Origin: a virus
Lineage: Duplodnaviria; Caudoviricetes
Virus record (IMG/VR): IMGVR_UViG_3300008259_002461
Direction: 5' to 3' (one strand)
Length of the DNA: 64,000 nt
The notes under the pieces are model-generated. The model was not told the DNA's origin. It did not search any database and saw only the letters and a list, made by a program, of their open reading frames with translations. The translations under genes were made by a program, and so were the position numbers. Shown piece after piece: positions 36,020-45,362 of this stretch (its first letter is position 1; each line of letters begins with the position of its first letter).

Positions 36020-36523
36020 TTATTTATCATTACTCATGCCTTTGAGCCGTTCAATTAAGCTATTACGGTCAGTAACAACAAACCCTTTTCCGTCAATTAT
36101 TCCGCTATCGTTGTTATCTTCTTTATCTAATTTTTCTTTTTTAAGCTGTAATTCAACCATTTTTAACTTCTTGTCAATCTTAGCTACTTTAGCGTCAAGA
36201 CTGGTCTTAAGCATATTGCCTGCTACTTCAAATACCCTACCACTGTATCTTGCCTCTACATTCATACCTAGATCCATTAGATCTTCATAAGCGTCAAGAG
36301 CTCGTTGAGCAATATCATTTAGTTCAGTATCAGCCATGTCGCCTAACCCTTGAACCTGTGGTAATGCGCTGGCAATTTTGTCAAATTCAGCTATGTCGCG
36401 TTTAGTATTTTCTTGTTCAACTACTGCTGCTTCTTTAACTCTCTTTTTTTCAGCAGACCGCACGTTATCTACTATTTCTTTAGATTCTGGCAAGTTTAAT
36501 AATTCTTCTAATTTTTTAGTCAT
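36020..36523 (-). CDS. putative terminase small subunit (gp16-like)
   Basis: Helical ARYSGRVFEVAGNML…FVVTDRNSLIE pattern parallels gp16; packaging module; TAAATA at 36553-36558. Confidence 0.55.
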   Translation of the reverse strand: MTKKLEELLNLPESKEIVDNVRSAEKKRVKEAAVVEQENTKRDIAEFDKIASALPQVQGLGDMADTELNDIAQRALDAYEDLMDLGMNVEARYSGRVFEVAGNMLKTSLDAKVAKIDKKLKMVELQLKKEKLDKEDNNDSGIIDGKGFVVTDRNSLIERLKGMSNDK

Positions 36524-36568
36524 ACAAGATTTCCATTAAGTGCTACTATTATTATTTAGCTTTAATTA

Positions 36569-37213
36569 TTAAAACGTATATTCAAAATTTTTAAAATCTT
36601 CTTGAAAAAAATCGTACACAAAATCTTTAGTTTTTTGACTTTTGTAATAGTGTCGATAATCGTCCATCCTAGTAATGTTTATTTCTGGAAAATCTAATCT
36701 AGTATAAAACCAATCTTCCATTATTTTAAAATCGTTTTCTAATGTTTCGTATTTAAAGATTGTAGTTACATATTTTGTATACTCAGTAAGACTGTTGTCT
36801 ACTACCCAAAATTTTCTATGATCTTCAATACACTCTAATAGCCATTGCTCAAACGTTAATGACGTAAAATAATCCTGGGCTCTAACTGCTTCAATTCTTT
36901 GTTTTTCCCATTGCAAAATTTCTTGGTCAGTAATTAACTCAATTCTTTTTTGATCAACTTGTCTAAGAGCGTTAGCTTGATAATAAGAAAATGTACTTAC
37001 TACACGATCGTAAGGATTTCTAATTATTGTAAATGTTTCGCCAAGCGGTATGTTTTGAGAAATTAAATCTGAGGCACTTGCATGCATATTAAACAATACT
37101 GTTTGCTTATCGTGATGACGTATCCATTGGGTAAGACTTTGGCCTGCTGTCTTTGGTATATGTATGAATGTTTTTAGCGTATTATTTTTATCTCGAAACT
37201 GACAAGTTGACAT
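36569..37213 (-). CDS. sulfotransferase (Sulfotransfer_2 family)
   Basis: FIHIPKTAGQS (5'-PSB) and IIRNPYDRVVS (3'-PB). Confidence 0.9.
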   Translation of the reverse strand: MSTCQFRDKNNTLKTFIHIPKTAGQSLTQWIRHHDKQTVLFNMHASASDLISQNIPLGETFTIIRNPYDRVVSTFSYYQANALRQVDQKRIELITDQEILQWEKQRIEAVRAQDYFTSLTFEQWLLECIEDHRKFWVVDNSLTEYTKYVTTIFKYETLENDFKIMEDWFYTRLDFPEINITRMDDYRHYYKSQKTKDFVYDFFQEDFKNFEYTF

Positions 37214-37650
37214 TATTTTTTTCTACCTTGATGAAACATATCTCCCTCGTTTATAATTCTAAACTTAATGCCCTGTTGTTTACACCAAGCATATGCCGCT
37301 TCCCATTTAGCCTGATTAACTACCCATGCTGCTTGATTATGTCGACTTTTGCCAACCTTTTCTATTAGAGTTTGATTAGCTGGTTTAACTTCTATAAGTT
37401 CAACAAATTGTTTTCCTGATCTATCTCCATACGAAATAAAAAAATCAGGTACATATATTGTGTATTTTCCAGTTAAAGGGTTTCGATAAGGAATCTGTAC
37501 AGCTTCGCTGGCCCATTTTGTAATTGAAGGATGCTCGTCGCACATTTTCATAAAAGCAAATTCCCAACTGCTTCTGTAAGTTGGGGTTCGCGTGCCTATA
37601 TATTTTTCAGGGTTTTTTAGAGCAAATTTTCCCTGGGCAAACTTTGACAT
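37213..37650 (-). CDS. gp4: head completion nuclease (gp4 / TnsA-like PD-(D/E)xK)
   Basis: KYIG…YRSSWE, WASE, YVPDF, IEVKP, NQAKWEAA. Confidence 0.9.
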   Translation of the reverse strand: MSKFAQGKFALKNPEKYIGTRTPTYRSSWEFAFMKMCDEHPSITKWASEAVQIPYRNPLTGKYTIYVPDFFISYGDRSGKQFVELIEVKPANQTLIEKVGKSRHNQAAWVVNQAKWEAAYAWCKQQGIKFRIINEGDMFHQGRKK

Positions 37651-37651
37651 A

Positions 37652-38026
37652 TTATATTAAAATATTTCTACGTTCTGCTTTATCGGCAACGATTTCGCGT
37701 TTAAAACCCAGTGTGCTGGTTCTTTTTCTATTATAGTTAAGTACTTCTGCTACTACTACACTTAGTTGTAGATCTTGAAGACCTTTAAGTGTTTCAATTA
37801 ATCTAAAAACTTTAATATTATCTAATTTTGCTTGTTGTAGCAGAACTATTGCAACTGATGTTGCAGCACTGGTATCAAAATTTCGACTTTCAAAAAATGC
37901 AACTACAGTATCTAAATCGTTAGACGAAACATTAATTGGTTTTGTAAAGTATCTATCAAAATAAAGATTAACTTCTTTATCTGAACGTTTAGTTACTGGT
38001 TGAATTGGTAAATTTGAATTTGTCAT
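37652..38026 (-). CDS. hypothetical protein
   Basis: 124-aa ORF in late operon. Confidence 0.7.
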   Translation of the reverse strand: MTNSNLPIQPVTKRSDKEVNLYFDRYFTKPINVSSNDLDTVVAFFESRNFDTSAATSVAIVLLQQAKLDNIKVFRLIETLKGLQDLQLSVVVAEVLNYNRKRTSTLGFKREIVADKAERRNILI

Positions 38027-39357
38027 TCTATTGCTTTGTCTTTATAAATTTGTTTACGAGCATCAGGTAATGTTTGCCACGACTGTATATAATTATTAAC
38101 GCCACCCACTGCACCGCTAGTTAAATAGTCTCTTTTATATAGCTGAATTGCTGCCGCTTCTAATGCTAATGGATTTTCTAAAAGTTCTTGTCTTGAAAAC
38201 TGAGTAACTACAATAGCACCTGAGGCTGTTGCTCCGGACCCTGTTGCATTAGTGCCAGTAGCCGGTGTAGATCCGCTGATTGACGAAGCTGTAGTAGTTT
38301 GATTACTGCCGCCTGATCCGTTATTTTTAGGGAATGATGAATTAGCAACACCGCTTACATCTATACCTGCAATATCGCCAATAGCATCTTTAACTATGTT
38401 GTATCCTTCTTGTCTTAAACCTTCAGATGTTAGACCTTCAAGGCTTCTTATAAACTGAAACGCTGCTAGGCCTGCTTCTAATGGACTTTGAAATGTTGAC
38501 TTGCCGGAAATAAAATCATAAAGGTCTGCGCCTGCTCCAAAAAGTCCGTCAATGCCTAATTTTCCGCCCCCTAGTAACGATATTGGAGAAGGTTGTCGAT
38601 CGTAATGAGTTGGGCCGCCGAAGCCTGTTGGACTACCGTCGGCTCCAGCCTTAACTAATCCTCTAGTGTAATGCACAGCTTCGTATGCAACGCTTATAGA
38701 ATTTTGCATAGTAGTGTTACCATCTGCGCTGTCCACGCTGTCGTGTGACCATGTTGTAATTATTGGATTAACAATAGTATATGTTGTGTAAGATTTTCTA
38801 GAAAGTTGACTTATTTCTATACTTTGAAAAAACGGTACTGAGATATCATTATCTAAACCATATTTGTATTGGTTAAATCCAGTGCCTCTGTAAGTATTAT
38901 CGCCACTGCCTGCTTTATTATATGCGCCAGGAATTCTTCCGTAGCTTGCATCAGCAAAATAATATCTATAATATGCTTCTAGTAGTGCAGTAGTTACACC
39001 GTAGTTGTCGTCGTGAAACGCGATGTTAATAGGATCATAAGTTATAGAAGTATGTACGTTCTTTTTTCTATTATACTTGTTTTTAGTTTCAACATTAGCT
39101 GAAAATTTAGGTAAGTCTGCACTTTTAACTAACATGCCTATTTCTAAATTGTGTTTGTCTGCTAATTCAGGCAATATAGTTCTTACAATTGGATCTAGCT
39201 TAAAATACACATGAAAAAGAAACTTTTGTTTAGGTGCAAATTTTAATTTGCCGTCAATAAACAGGCGACTTGCATGTTGCCAAGAGGCCATATTTCCCTT
39301 GGGACCTAAAATCCCTGAAACTAAGTTGTCTAAAAATCCGTTAGATGTAGCTGGCAT
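38023..39357 (-). CDS. tail-tube-fold baseplate protein (gp48/gp54-like)
   Basis: PK.KFLFHV, LPKF, QYNRK-like, YDPINIAFHDD tube-like motifs; follows gp19. Confidence 0.65.
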   Translation of the reverse strand: MPATSNGFLDNLVSGILGPKGNMASWQHASRLFIDGKLKFAPKQKFLFHVYFKLDPIVRTILPELADKHNLEIGMLVKSADLPKFSANVETKNKYNRKKNVHTSITYDPINIAFHDDNYGVTTALLEAYYRYYFADASYGRIPGAYNKAGSGDNTYRGTGFNQYKYGLDNDISVPFFQSIEISQLSRKSYTTYTIVNPIITTWSHDSVDSADGNTTMQNSISVAYEAVHYTRGLVKAGADGSPTGFGGPTHYDRQPSPISLLGGGKLGIDGLFGAGADLYDFISGKSTFQSPLEAGLAAFQFIRSLEGLTSEGLRQEGYNIVKDAIGDIAGIDVSGVANSSFPKNNGSGGSNQTTTASSISGSTPATGTNATGSGATASGAIVVTQFSRQELLENPLALEAAAIQLYKRDYLTSGAVGGVNNYIQSWQTLPDARKQIYKDKAIE

Positions 39358-39395
39358 AATAATATTTATCTATTGTAATTAAGTGATCGGATAAT

Positions 39396-39420
39396 AAAAA
39401 AGGAGCCGAAGCTCCTTTTT
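39396..39420. terminator. intrinsic terminator, bidirectional, UUCG loop
   Basis: AAAAAA-GGAGC-CGAA-GCTCC-TTTTT. Confidence 0.9.
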
Positions 39421-39442
39421 GTAGTTAAAATCATAACTAGAT

Positions 39443-40069
39443 TTAAGTGCCGCCGCCGGTAATTAATGTACCTAAACCGCGTCCTACAGCAGTGCCAATA
39501 CCAGTACCCTGCGGTGTTTGGATAGCATTGTCGTATTGTATTTCTAATGTAATTGTAACAGGTTCGTTGGTTGCATATGACAACGTATTGTAGTTAGCAT
39601 TAGTAACAAAACAACCATACAACTCAAAAGTTTCTAGCACGTTTGGTGTGTTAGCACCGTTACCACCGTCTAGAATTTCAATACGTGTTGTAAACTTATA
39701 ATCTTGACCGCTTGCCGCACTAGATTGTTCGTAAAAGTCAAATTGTTTCTGTAACTGTTCGCCAACAAGTTTTTGAACTGCGTTATTAACATCTTCACGC
39801 AAGTTAAGTGTAATTGGCGCCCAAGTGTGTTTCCCAGCTAGATATGCTTTAGAGTTATATGCATGAATTTCCATTGGTTCAAATGAAACCGTTGGTCTAG
39901 TAATATCTACAACCTGCTTTGTTAATTCAGTTGTCGGCGTTGATACACCAAAGTTTTCCAGTGACACCCTGAAGCGGTACTGGAGCTTGGGCATCAACAG
40001 ACCCTGTGTGCTAGCGGAGTCTCCGCTAGCAAGTGGCACAGTAATTTTTGATAGTGTTGAAATTGCCAT
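39443..40069 (-). CDS. gp19: tail tube protein
   Basis: MPKLQYRFRV, YLAGKHTW, YGCF, IQYDNA; downstream of sheath with TAAATA and AGGAG. Confidence 0.85.
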   Translation of the reverse strand: MAISTLSKITVPLASGDSASTQGLLMPKLQYRFRVSLENFGVSTPTTELTKQVVDITRPTVSFEPMEIHAYNSKAYLAGKHTWAPITLNLREDVNNAVQKLVGEQLQKQFDFYEQSSAASGQDYKFTTRIEILDGGNGANTPNVLETFELYGCFVTNANYNTLSYATNEPVTITLEIQYDNAIQTPQGTGIGTAVGRGLGTLITGGGT

Positions 40070-40103
40070 TTAACTTGCTCCTAATTCGTTAGTATTTATC
40101 ATA

Positions 40104-43100
40104 TTATAGGCCCGCTATTTCTCCGGTATTCTTTAAGCGCAATGGAATGTAGATAAACTCAATTGCCTTAACTGGCTCAATTGCGACATCAACATAAAGT
40201 TCATTGCGGTCAATTCTGTTTGGAGTATTATTAGATTCGTCACATACAACTAAGTAGTCGTAAATGGCTCTCTGACCAACTAGTTCAAGTAATAAGCTCT
40301 CAACTGCTCCTTTAATTTCGTCTCTTGTGATCTTATCGTTAGGTTCAAAAATGTATGGTTTAGCTAATAACGTTAATTGACTACGTAGGTATACTACTAA
40401 ACGTGCTACGTTAATACGATCTAAAGCACTTGCATTTCTAGCGCGAGTTTTTTGACCAAAGTTTACCAAGCCAGCGCCAGCAATTGTAGTAATAGGATTA
40501 ACAGCGTTAGTATACAGTGTATCGCGCTGTCCTTCGTTTAGAGTTACGCTTACAAATTCACCTTCACTGTTAATATAACCAGTTGAACTTGCATTAGTAA
40601 TTCCGCCACGTCTTGTACCAGCTGGTGCAAACCATGGATTAGACACATTGTCGCTTAGTGCAATAGTGCGTAACATCATGTGACTTGGTGGTACAACAAT
40701 ATTATTACCAAAGTTATCGCTAGTAAAGCCCCATGGATAGAACACTGCAAGATATTCATCTCTTGTTGCTAAACCTTCGTCGTTGTCTTCAGCTACTTGT
40801 TTTACGTTAGTTGCCCATTCGTTTAATGTTGTAGCATTAGATTGTAATCTTGCAGGTGGATCACCTAATACAAATCCTGATAATCCACGATCATAGTTAA
40901 GGCTAACTAATTCACCAATTAGCTCTGGATATCCAGGTGCTGAAAGTATGTTAAAGATTCTTGAATCGTCATCACGTATGTCATCGTTGTTATTGATAAC
41001 AGCTTGCATAGCCTGTAATACAACTTTACGTTGTGCCTTGCGACCAAAGCTACCAGAACCATCATTTTGATTACCACTTTCTGTTACCCAACGATGTGGA
41101 TAATAGTTTCTCATGTCAGCATCTGCTAAACGTGTATTTTTATCGCCTGTGTTAATGTAGTTGCGAACAAATTTCTTAACATTAAATCCTGAACGGCGTA
41201 GATTCCATAGCAACATACCTTTTGGATACAATGCAGGATCTGGACAATCTGGATCAATATAGGCACTGCCTAGTAAATCTACTATTTCTGCCTTTGCGCT
41301 TGATTCGCCAGTTAAACTGTAACGTGCATCAGCAAATAATACACCGTTTTCTGTTGTTTGATCAGCTGAATCTAGTAACTCCCAGCGATCTGTTACTTCT
41401 CTATATTTGTAAACTGTAGGATAATTTTCTAAATCACTAGTATCAATCCATAAATCGCCAGTAACTAGATCAGTACCGTCGCTCTGTTTAGTTGGCTGTG
41501 TTGCACTTATAATAGGACCGCCAGGACTTGTTTTTGCAGTGTCTAATACATTATAGTAAGGACTTGCATCAATACCAGCTGCACCGGCAAACTGATATCC
41601 TACCCAAGTAGTTCCGTTGTGTACAAGAATGTCAACTTCATCGACAATAGAATTGTACCACAATGTACCATCTTCAGCTAATGTTGTAGGAGCATTTGAT
41701 CCAGGTGTATAAGATAATGGTCTCCAGTTAGTTAGTCTATATTCTTGTGGACTAGTTGCGCCGTTAGTGCCAGACTCGTATACAACATTTGGTGTTCCGG
41801 TGTTAGCGTCAACAAATGGACTAATACCTAACTGTGTAAAAATTCCAGCATTAGTTGACTGTCCTTCTACTAGACGAATTTCGCCGCCACGACTGTGTTT
41901 AATTAAAATTCTATTTGTACTGTCTACTTCAGCGGTTACAAATGGAACACCTGCTGAAGTAATAGCTTGCGCAACTGCATTAGCATCAGATGGAGCATCT
42001 TCTATATTTGCGTTTGCAATTAAAATTGTTACAGGTGTTGAAAATGCTGAACTTCCAGGTTCTGTTGCAGAAATAGTTAGATTGTAGCCAGCACCAGCAG
42101 TGTCAGTTAATCCAGTAATGATTCCTGATCTAATAGTAGTAGCACCAACCGCGTGTCTTCTATAAATTTTAAATGTTGCTAAAGGATTTGTATCTCCTGC
42201 CACGTTACTTTGAATAAACAATGCACCAATTGAAAGATTCTGTCCACCACCAATTCTGTCAAGTTCAAATATTGCTTGTTCAGCAGTTGGATAAATTGGT
42301 GCTTCAATGCTTTCAAATAATCTTGTTTCAGTATTCCAAAGTTTCACTCTCCAGCGAGCACCTGCGTTTGGTTCAGTAGTCTTGATCCATACAGAGCCTG
42401 TAGGACGTGGATTAGTGTCAGTTTCTTTAAAAGCAGGAACTTGTGTATGTTTTGCAATGTGCAATGATGGAGGATAAAAAGTCTTAGTTGATTGACTTTC
42501 AGTTAAAATCCCCATAGATACTAGAGCAGCTCCAGAACCGCCTTTAGATAGAACTACAGCGCCGGACAATGTTGAATCAGGACCTGATACTGCGCCGTCA
42601 CTGTAAATTACAAGTCTATTATCTTCTACACCAGCAGTAATGCCATTAATATTAAGATTATTAATTGTAGTAGCTAGCCCGGTCATAGTCATACCGCCAG
42701 TTACAGTAACGATACTGTCATTAATTAAGAATGTACCGCCTGACAGTGTTGGATTTGCTACAGTAGCTTTAACTGTTGGCCAACTAGTTCTCCATTCATC
42801 GCTACCAACTTCGACCCAGGTGCCGCTCTTATTTCTGTACCAGAATGTATTTAAGTTAGAAACAGCAACAACTGCATAATCACCAATTTGACCAATTGAA
42901 CCTAGTGGAGCGCCAGGATTAGATAATGTGCCAGTAACTTGTACAACTTCTGTCAGTACCAAAGGAACCTTATTTGTAAAGCTCTGTCCACCAGTTACAG
43001 TTATAGGATTGCTATTCCACTCTTGAATACCAAATTGAGATGTTTGTGTATCTAACCAATAAGTTCCAGCAGCAGGATCTGCTGACGGTACTGAAGAACT

Positions 43101-43463
43101 TGGTCTTAGAAGATTTAAATCAATAGGAGCTCTAACTACCCAAGCTCTGTTGCTTACTCCTAAGAATGAATAAGCTGCTTGCAGACCGTACTCATTTAGT
43201 TCACTACCGTGAATAGGATTATTATTAGAATCAATTTGAAACAACGGATCACCGAACGTGTCAGCTAAATCACGCTGTGAGGTTAGCAGGAATGGTTTAC
43301 CTGCATTTTGTGCTAGTGTGCCCTGAGCTACGCCTGATCCTGAAGCGTTAGTTTTGTTCTCAGCACTAGCAACGAATATAACTGGGGTTGTACCTGGTTC
43401 AGCTGGAGTGTAGAAACTTTCGTCTACAACGCTAACCTGTACGCCTGGTGATGTTAAAGCCAT
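40104..43463 (-). CDS. gp18: tail sheath protein (1119 aa, enlarged)
   Basis: LTSPGVQVSVVDES, VPPSH, WFAPAG, RDTLYTNAVNPI, GQKT, LDRINVARL, FEPND. Confidence 0.95.
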   Translation of the reverse strand: MALTSPGVQVSVVDESFYTPAEPGTTPVIFVASAENKTNASGSGVAQGTLAQNAGKPFLLTSQRDLADTFGDPLFQIDSNNNPIHGSELNEYGLQAAYSFLGVSNRAWVVRAPIDLNLLRPSSSVPSADPAAGTYWLDTQTSQFGIQEWNSNPITVTGGQSFTNKVPLVLTEVVQVTGTLSNPGAPLGSIGQIGDYAVVAVSNLNTFWYRNKSGTWVEVGSDEWRTSWPTVKATVANPTLSGGTFLINDSIVTVTGGMTMTGLATTINNLNINGITAGVEDNRLVIYSDGAVSGPDSTLSGAVVLSKGGSGAALVSMGILTESQSTKTFYPPSLHIAKHTQVPAFKETDTNPRPTGSVWIKTTEPNAGARWRVKLWNTETRLFESIEAPIYPTAEQAIFELDRIGGGQNLSIGALFIQSNVAGDTNPLATFKIYRRHAVGATTIRSGIITGLTDTAGAGYNLTISATEPGSSAFSTPVTILIANANIEDAPSDANAVAQAITSAGVPFVTAEVDSTNRILIKHSRGGEIRLVEGQSTNAGIFTQLGISPFVDANTGTPNVVYESGTNGATSPQEYRLTNWRPLSYTPGSNAPTTLAEDGTLWYNSIVDEVDILVHNGTTWVGYQFAGAAGIDASPYYNVLDTAKTSPGGPIISATQPTKQSDGTDLVTGDLWIDTSDLENYPTVYKYREVTDRWELLDSADQTTENGVLFADARYSLTGESSAKAEIVDLLGSAYIDPDCPDPALYPKGMLLWNLRRSGFNVKKFVRNYINTGDKNTRLADADMRNYYPHRWVTESGNQNDGSGSFGRKAQRKVVLQAMQAVINNNDDIRDDDSRIFNILSAPGYPELIGELVSLNYDRGLSGFVLGDPPARLQSNATTLNEWATNVKQVAEDNDEGLATRDEYLAVFYPWGFTSDNFGNNIVVPPSHMMLRTIALSDNVSNPWFAPAGTRRGGITNASSTGYINSEGEFVSVTLNEGQRDTLYTNAVNPITTIAGAGLVNFGQKTRARNASALDRINVARLVVYLRSQLTLLAKPYIFEPNDKITRDEIKGAVESLLLELVGQRAIYDYLVVCDESNNTPNRIDRNELYVDVAIEPVKAIEFIYIPLRLKNTGEIAGL

Positions 43464-43574
43464 TCTGTATCTCCTGTTGGAATTGGTTTTTCTTGTATAT
43501 ATTTACCATAAAAGGTACAAAACAGGCTTTATAACAGTTCAAAAAAGGGGTGAAAAAGGTGAGGTAAATACACT

Positions 43575-43910
43575 ATGCGACCATTATGTCAATGCGGCCA
43601 ACGACCCGCAGCAATAAATTATAAAAAAGAAGGTAAAACCTTCTATAGAAAGAAATGCGAGGTATGTTTACGCCACGGAGTAAACCACGGTGTACCAAAA
43701 TGGAAACAGTCGGGCTATGAGAAAAAAAATTATTGTGAAAAATGCGGATTTAAAAGCAAGCACCTAGAACAGTTTAATGTTTTTCATGTAGACGGAAAGT
43801 TAGAAAACTGTCGTCCTAGCAATTTAAAAACAATATGTGCAAACTGTCAACGTGTGCTTCAAAAAGAAGGCGTTAAATGGAAGCAGGGCGACCTTCGACC
43901 AGACTTTTAG
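43575..43910 (+). CDS. small Zn-binding HNH endonuclease-like protein
   Basis: CQC…CEVC…CEKC…FHVDG…N…NLKTICANC; TAAATA 4 nt upstream. Confidence 0.75.
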   Translation: MRPLCQCGQRPAAINYKKEGKTFYRKKCEVCLRHGVNHGVPKWKQSGYEKKNYCEKCGFKSKHLEQFNVFHVDGKLENCRPSNLKTICANCQRVLQKEGVKWKQGDLRPDF

Positions 43911-44505
43911 TCCTAGCAAACAATTGCTCTATTGTTCCGTTGTTGTCTAATTCGTAATCAAATTCAGTTCCTACCCATGCAGTTTCGCTAGCATGTATTT
44001 TTAAATGTTTTAATTCTTGTGCAGCCAAATTATGCCCTTGATTAGCAGATACAGCTAGGTTATACCAAGCAGGTAACTCTCCTCTTTTAACCAAAACAAT
44101 TTTTCCGCCAGAGTCTTTGATACTTTTGATTTCGTTTGGGAACCGACAGTCGCTTATAACCACATTATCTTTGCTATTGCGCAGTTTGTTCTCTAACGAT
44201 GCAATCCATATATCATCGTGAAAGCTTCTTCGACAAACTTCTGTGCCCCAATATTGCAGAACCCAGCGAGGAGTTAGTGTAGGTATTGCTAATCGTTCTG
44301 CCCACCACGGATCTACCTGTTCGCGCCACTCGCGAGCCTCTTTAGTTCGACCTTCAAGCATGGTACGATCCCAGCCAAACACTGCGGCGACCGCATCCTT
44401 TAGAGTTGATGCAAAACTTTCTCTTCTAAATTCATGAAAATTAACTAGATAGTCTGCAACAGTATCTTTGCCCGACCCAATAAAACCGCAAATACCAATA
44501 ATCAT
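43873..44505 (-). CDS. gp1: deoxynucleoside monophosphate kinase
   Basis: GFIGSGKDT, RWVLQYWGTE, ISDCRFPNE. Confidence 0.9.
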   Translation of the reverse strand: MIIGICGFIGSGKDTVADYLVNFHEFRRESFASTLKDAVAAVFGWDRTMLEGRTKEAREWREQVDPWWAERLAIPTLTPRWVLQYWGTEVCRRSFHDDIWIASLENKLRNSKDNVVISDCRFPNEIKSIKDSGGKIVLVKRGELPAWYNLAVSANQGHNLAAQELKHLKIHASETAWVGTEFDYELDNNGTIEQLFARTKSLVEGRPASI

Positions 44506-44525
44506 ATAGCCTCCGTAGATGCTAT

Positions 44526-44554
44526 ATGTTACTTTATTTTTACAGTAAAGTCAA
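44526..44554 (-). promoter_or_regulatory. sigma70-type promoter for dNMP kinase
   Basis: TTGACT-17 nt-TAACAT; GGAGG RBS. Confidence 0.7.
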
Positions 44555-44561
44555 ATGATAA

Positions 44562-45320
44562 TTAACCAATTATAAAGCCGTAGCCGTTACCACCTGATAC
44601 TGCGGTTGCTACTTCTGTCTCTAATTTTTCCATTTCGGCTTGTGCTTCTGACTTGAGAGTGTCACCGTTGAGTTGACTGCCGCCCTGTGGTCCAGAAATA
44701 GTTGCAAATTTAGACCTTGCTTCACCTAGCATGTACTTGCAGGCTGCAAGCGTGTAGTCTTTAAGCCATTGTTTGGCCATATAGTCTTCGAGCAGTTGAC
44801 TATCTGGACGATAATTGTGTACATACAACATTAGTGTTTCGTCTGCTCGTGGACGTTGTAAAATAACTAATTTTTTAGTCACTGCGTTCCATCTAAATTC
44901 AATAAAACTACCAAACATACGTCCTACTAGTTCTTGGTACTGACTAAAAAAATCATATGTGGCTAATCCGCCCATGTTCGATGAACTTAGCAGGTATGTA
45001 TTTGTATAAGCTAAGTTAAATGGTTCAAAAATTGTGCCGCCATCGCCGCTGCCTGACCTACTGCCTACGCTTCTACGGAAAATTTGTCTAACTTCCATAA
45101 CTTCGTTGGGTAGTGTGTACTCGTTCTGATCAATCACAGTATTCATAAAGATATAACTATCCTCAACTGAGCCATCACTACGTTGGCGATAACGGGTGAG
45201 TGCTTTTGTCAGCCCTGTTTCGTAATGTACTGGGTCTAGTTCGACATCAACCATCCCACCGCCAAGCATAGCGTAGACATAGTCAAAAACTTCTTGTTTT
45301 TGTGTTTTTAAATCAGCCAT
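44562..45320 (-). CDS. gp13: neck protein (gp13-like)
   Basis: LGGGMVDVEL, ARSKF, LNGDTLKSEA; start MADLK (45320) with GGAG RBS. Confidence 0.8.
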   Translation of the reverse strand: MADLKTQKQEVFDYVYAMLGGGMVDVELDPVHYETGLTKALTRYRQRSDGSVEDSYIFMNTVIDQNEYTLPNEVMEVRQIFRRSVGSRSGSGDGGTIFEPFNLAYTNTYLLSSSNMGGLATYDFFSQYQELVGRMFGSFIEFRWNAVTKKLVILQRPRADETLMLYVHNYRPDSQLLEDYMAKQWLKDYTLAACKYMLGEARSKFATISGPQGGSQLNGDTLKSEAQAEMEKLETEVATAVSGGNGYGFIIG

Positions 45321-45336
45321 ATAGTTCTCCGTACAG

Positions 45337-45357
45337 TATTTATCGTAGCGATAAATA
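45337..45357. promoter_or_regulatory. divergent late-promoter pair in a 9-bp inverted repeat
   Basis: TATTTATCG-TAG-CGATAAATA between gp13 and gp14. Confidence 0.75.
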
Positions 45358-45362
45358 TACAC

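Noticed and set aside
37213-37650. TnsA-like nuclease as a sign of a Tn7 transposon
   Set aside because: No TnsB/TnsC or end repeats; motifs and context match phage head-completion gp4.
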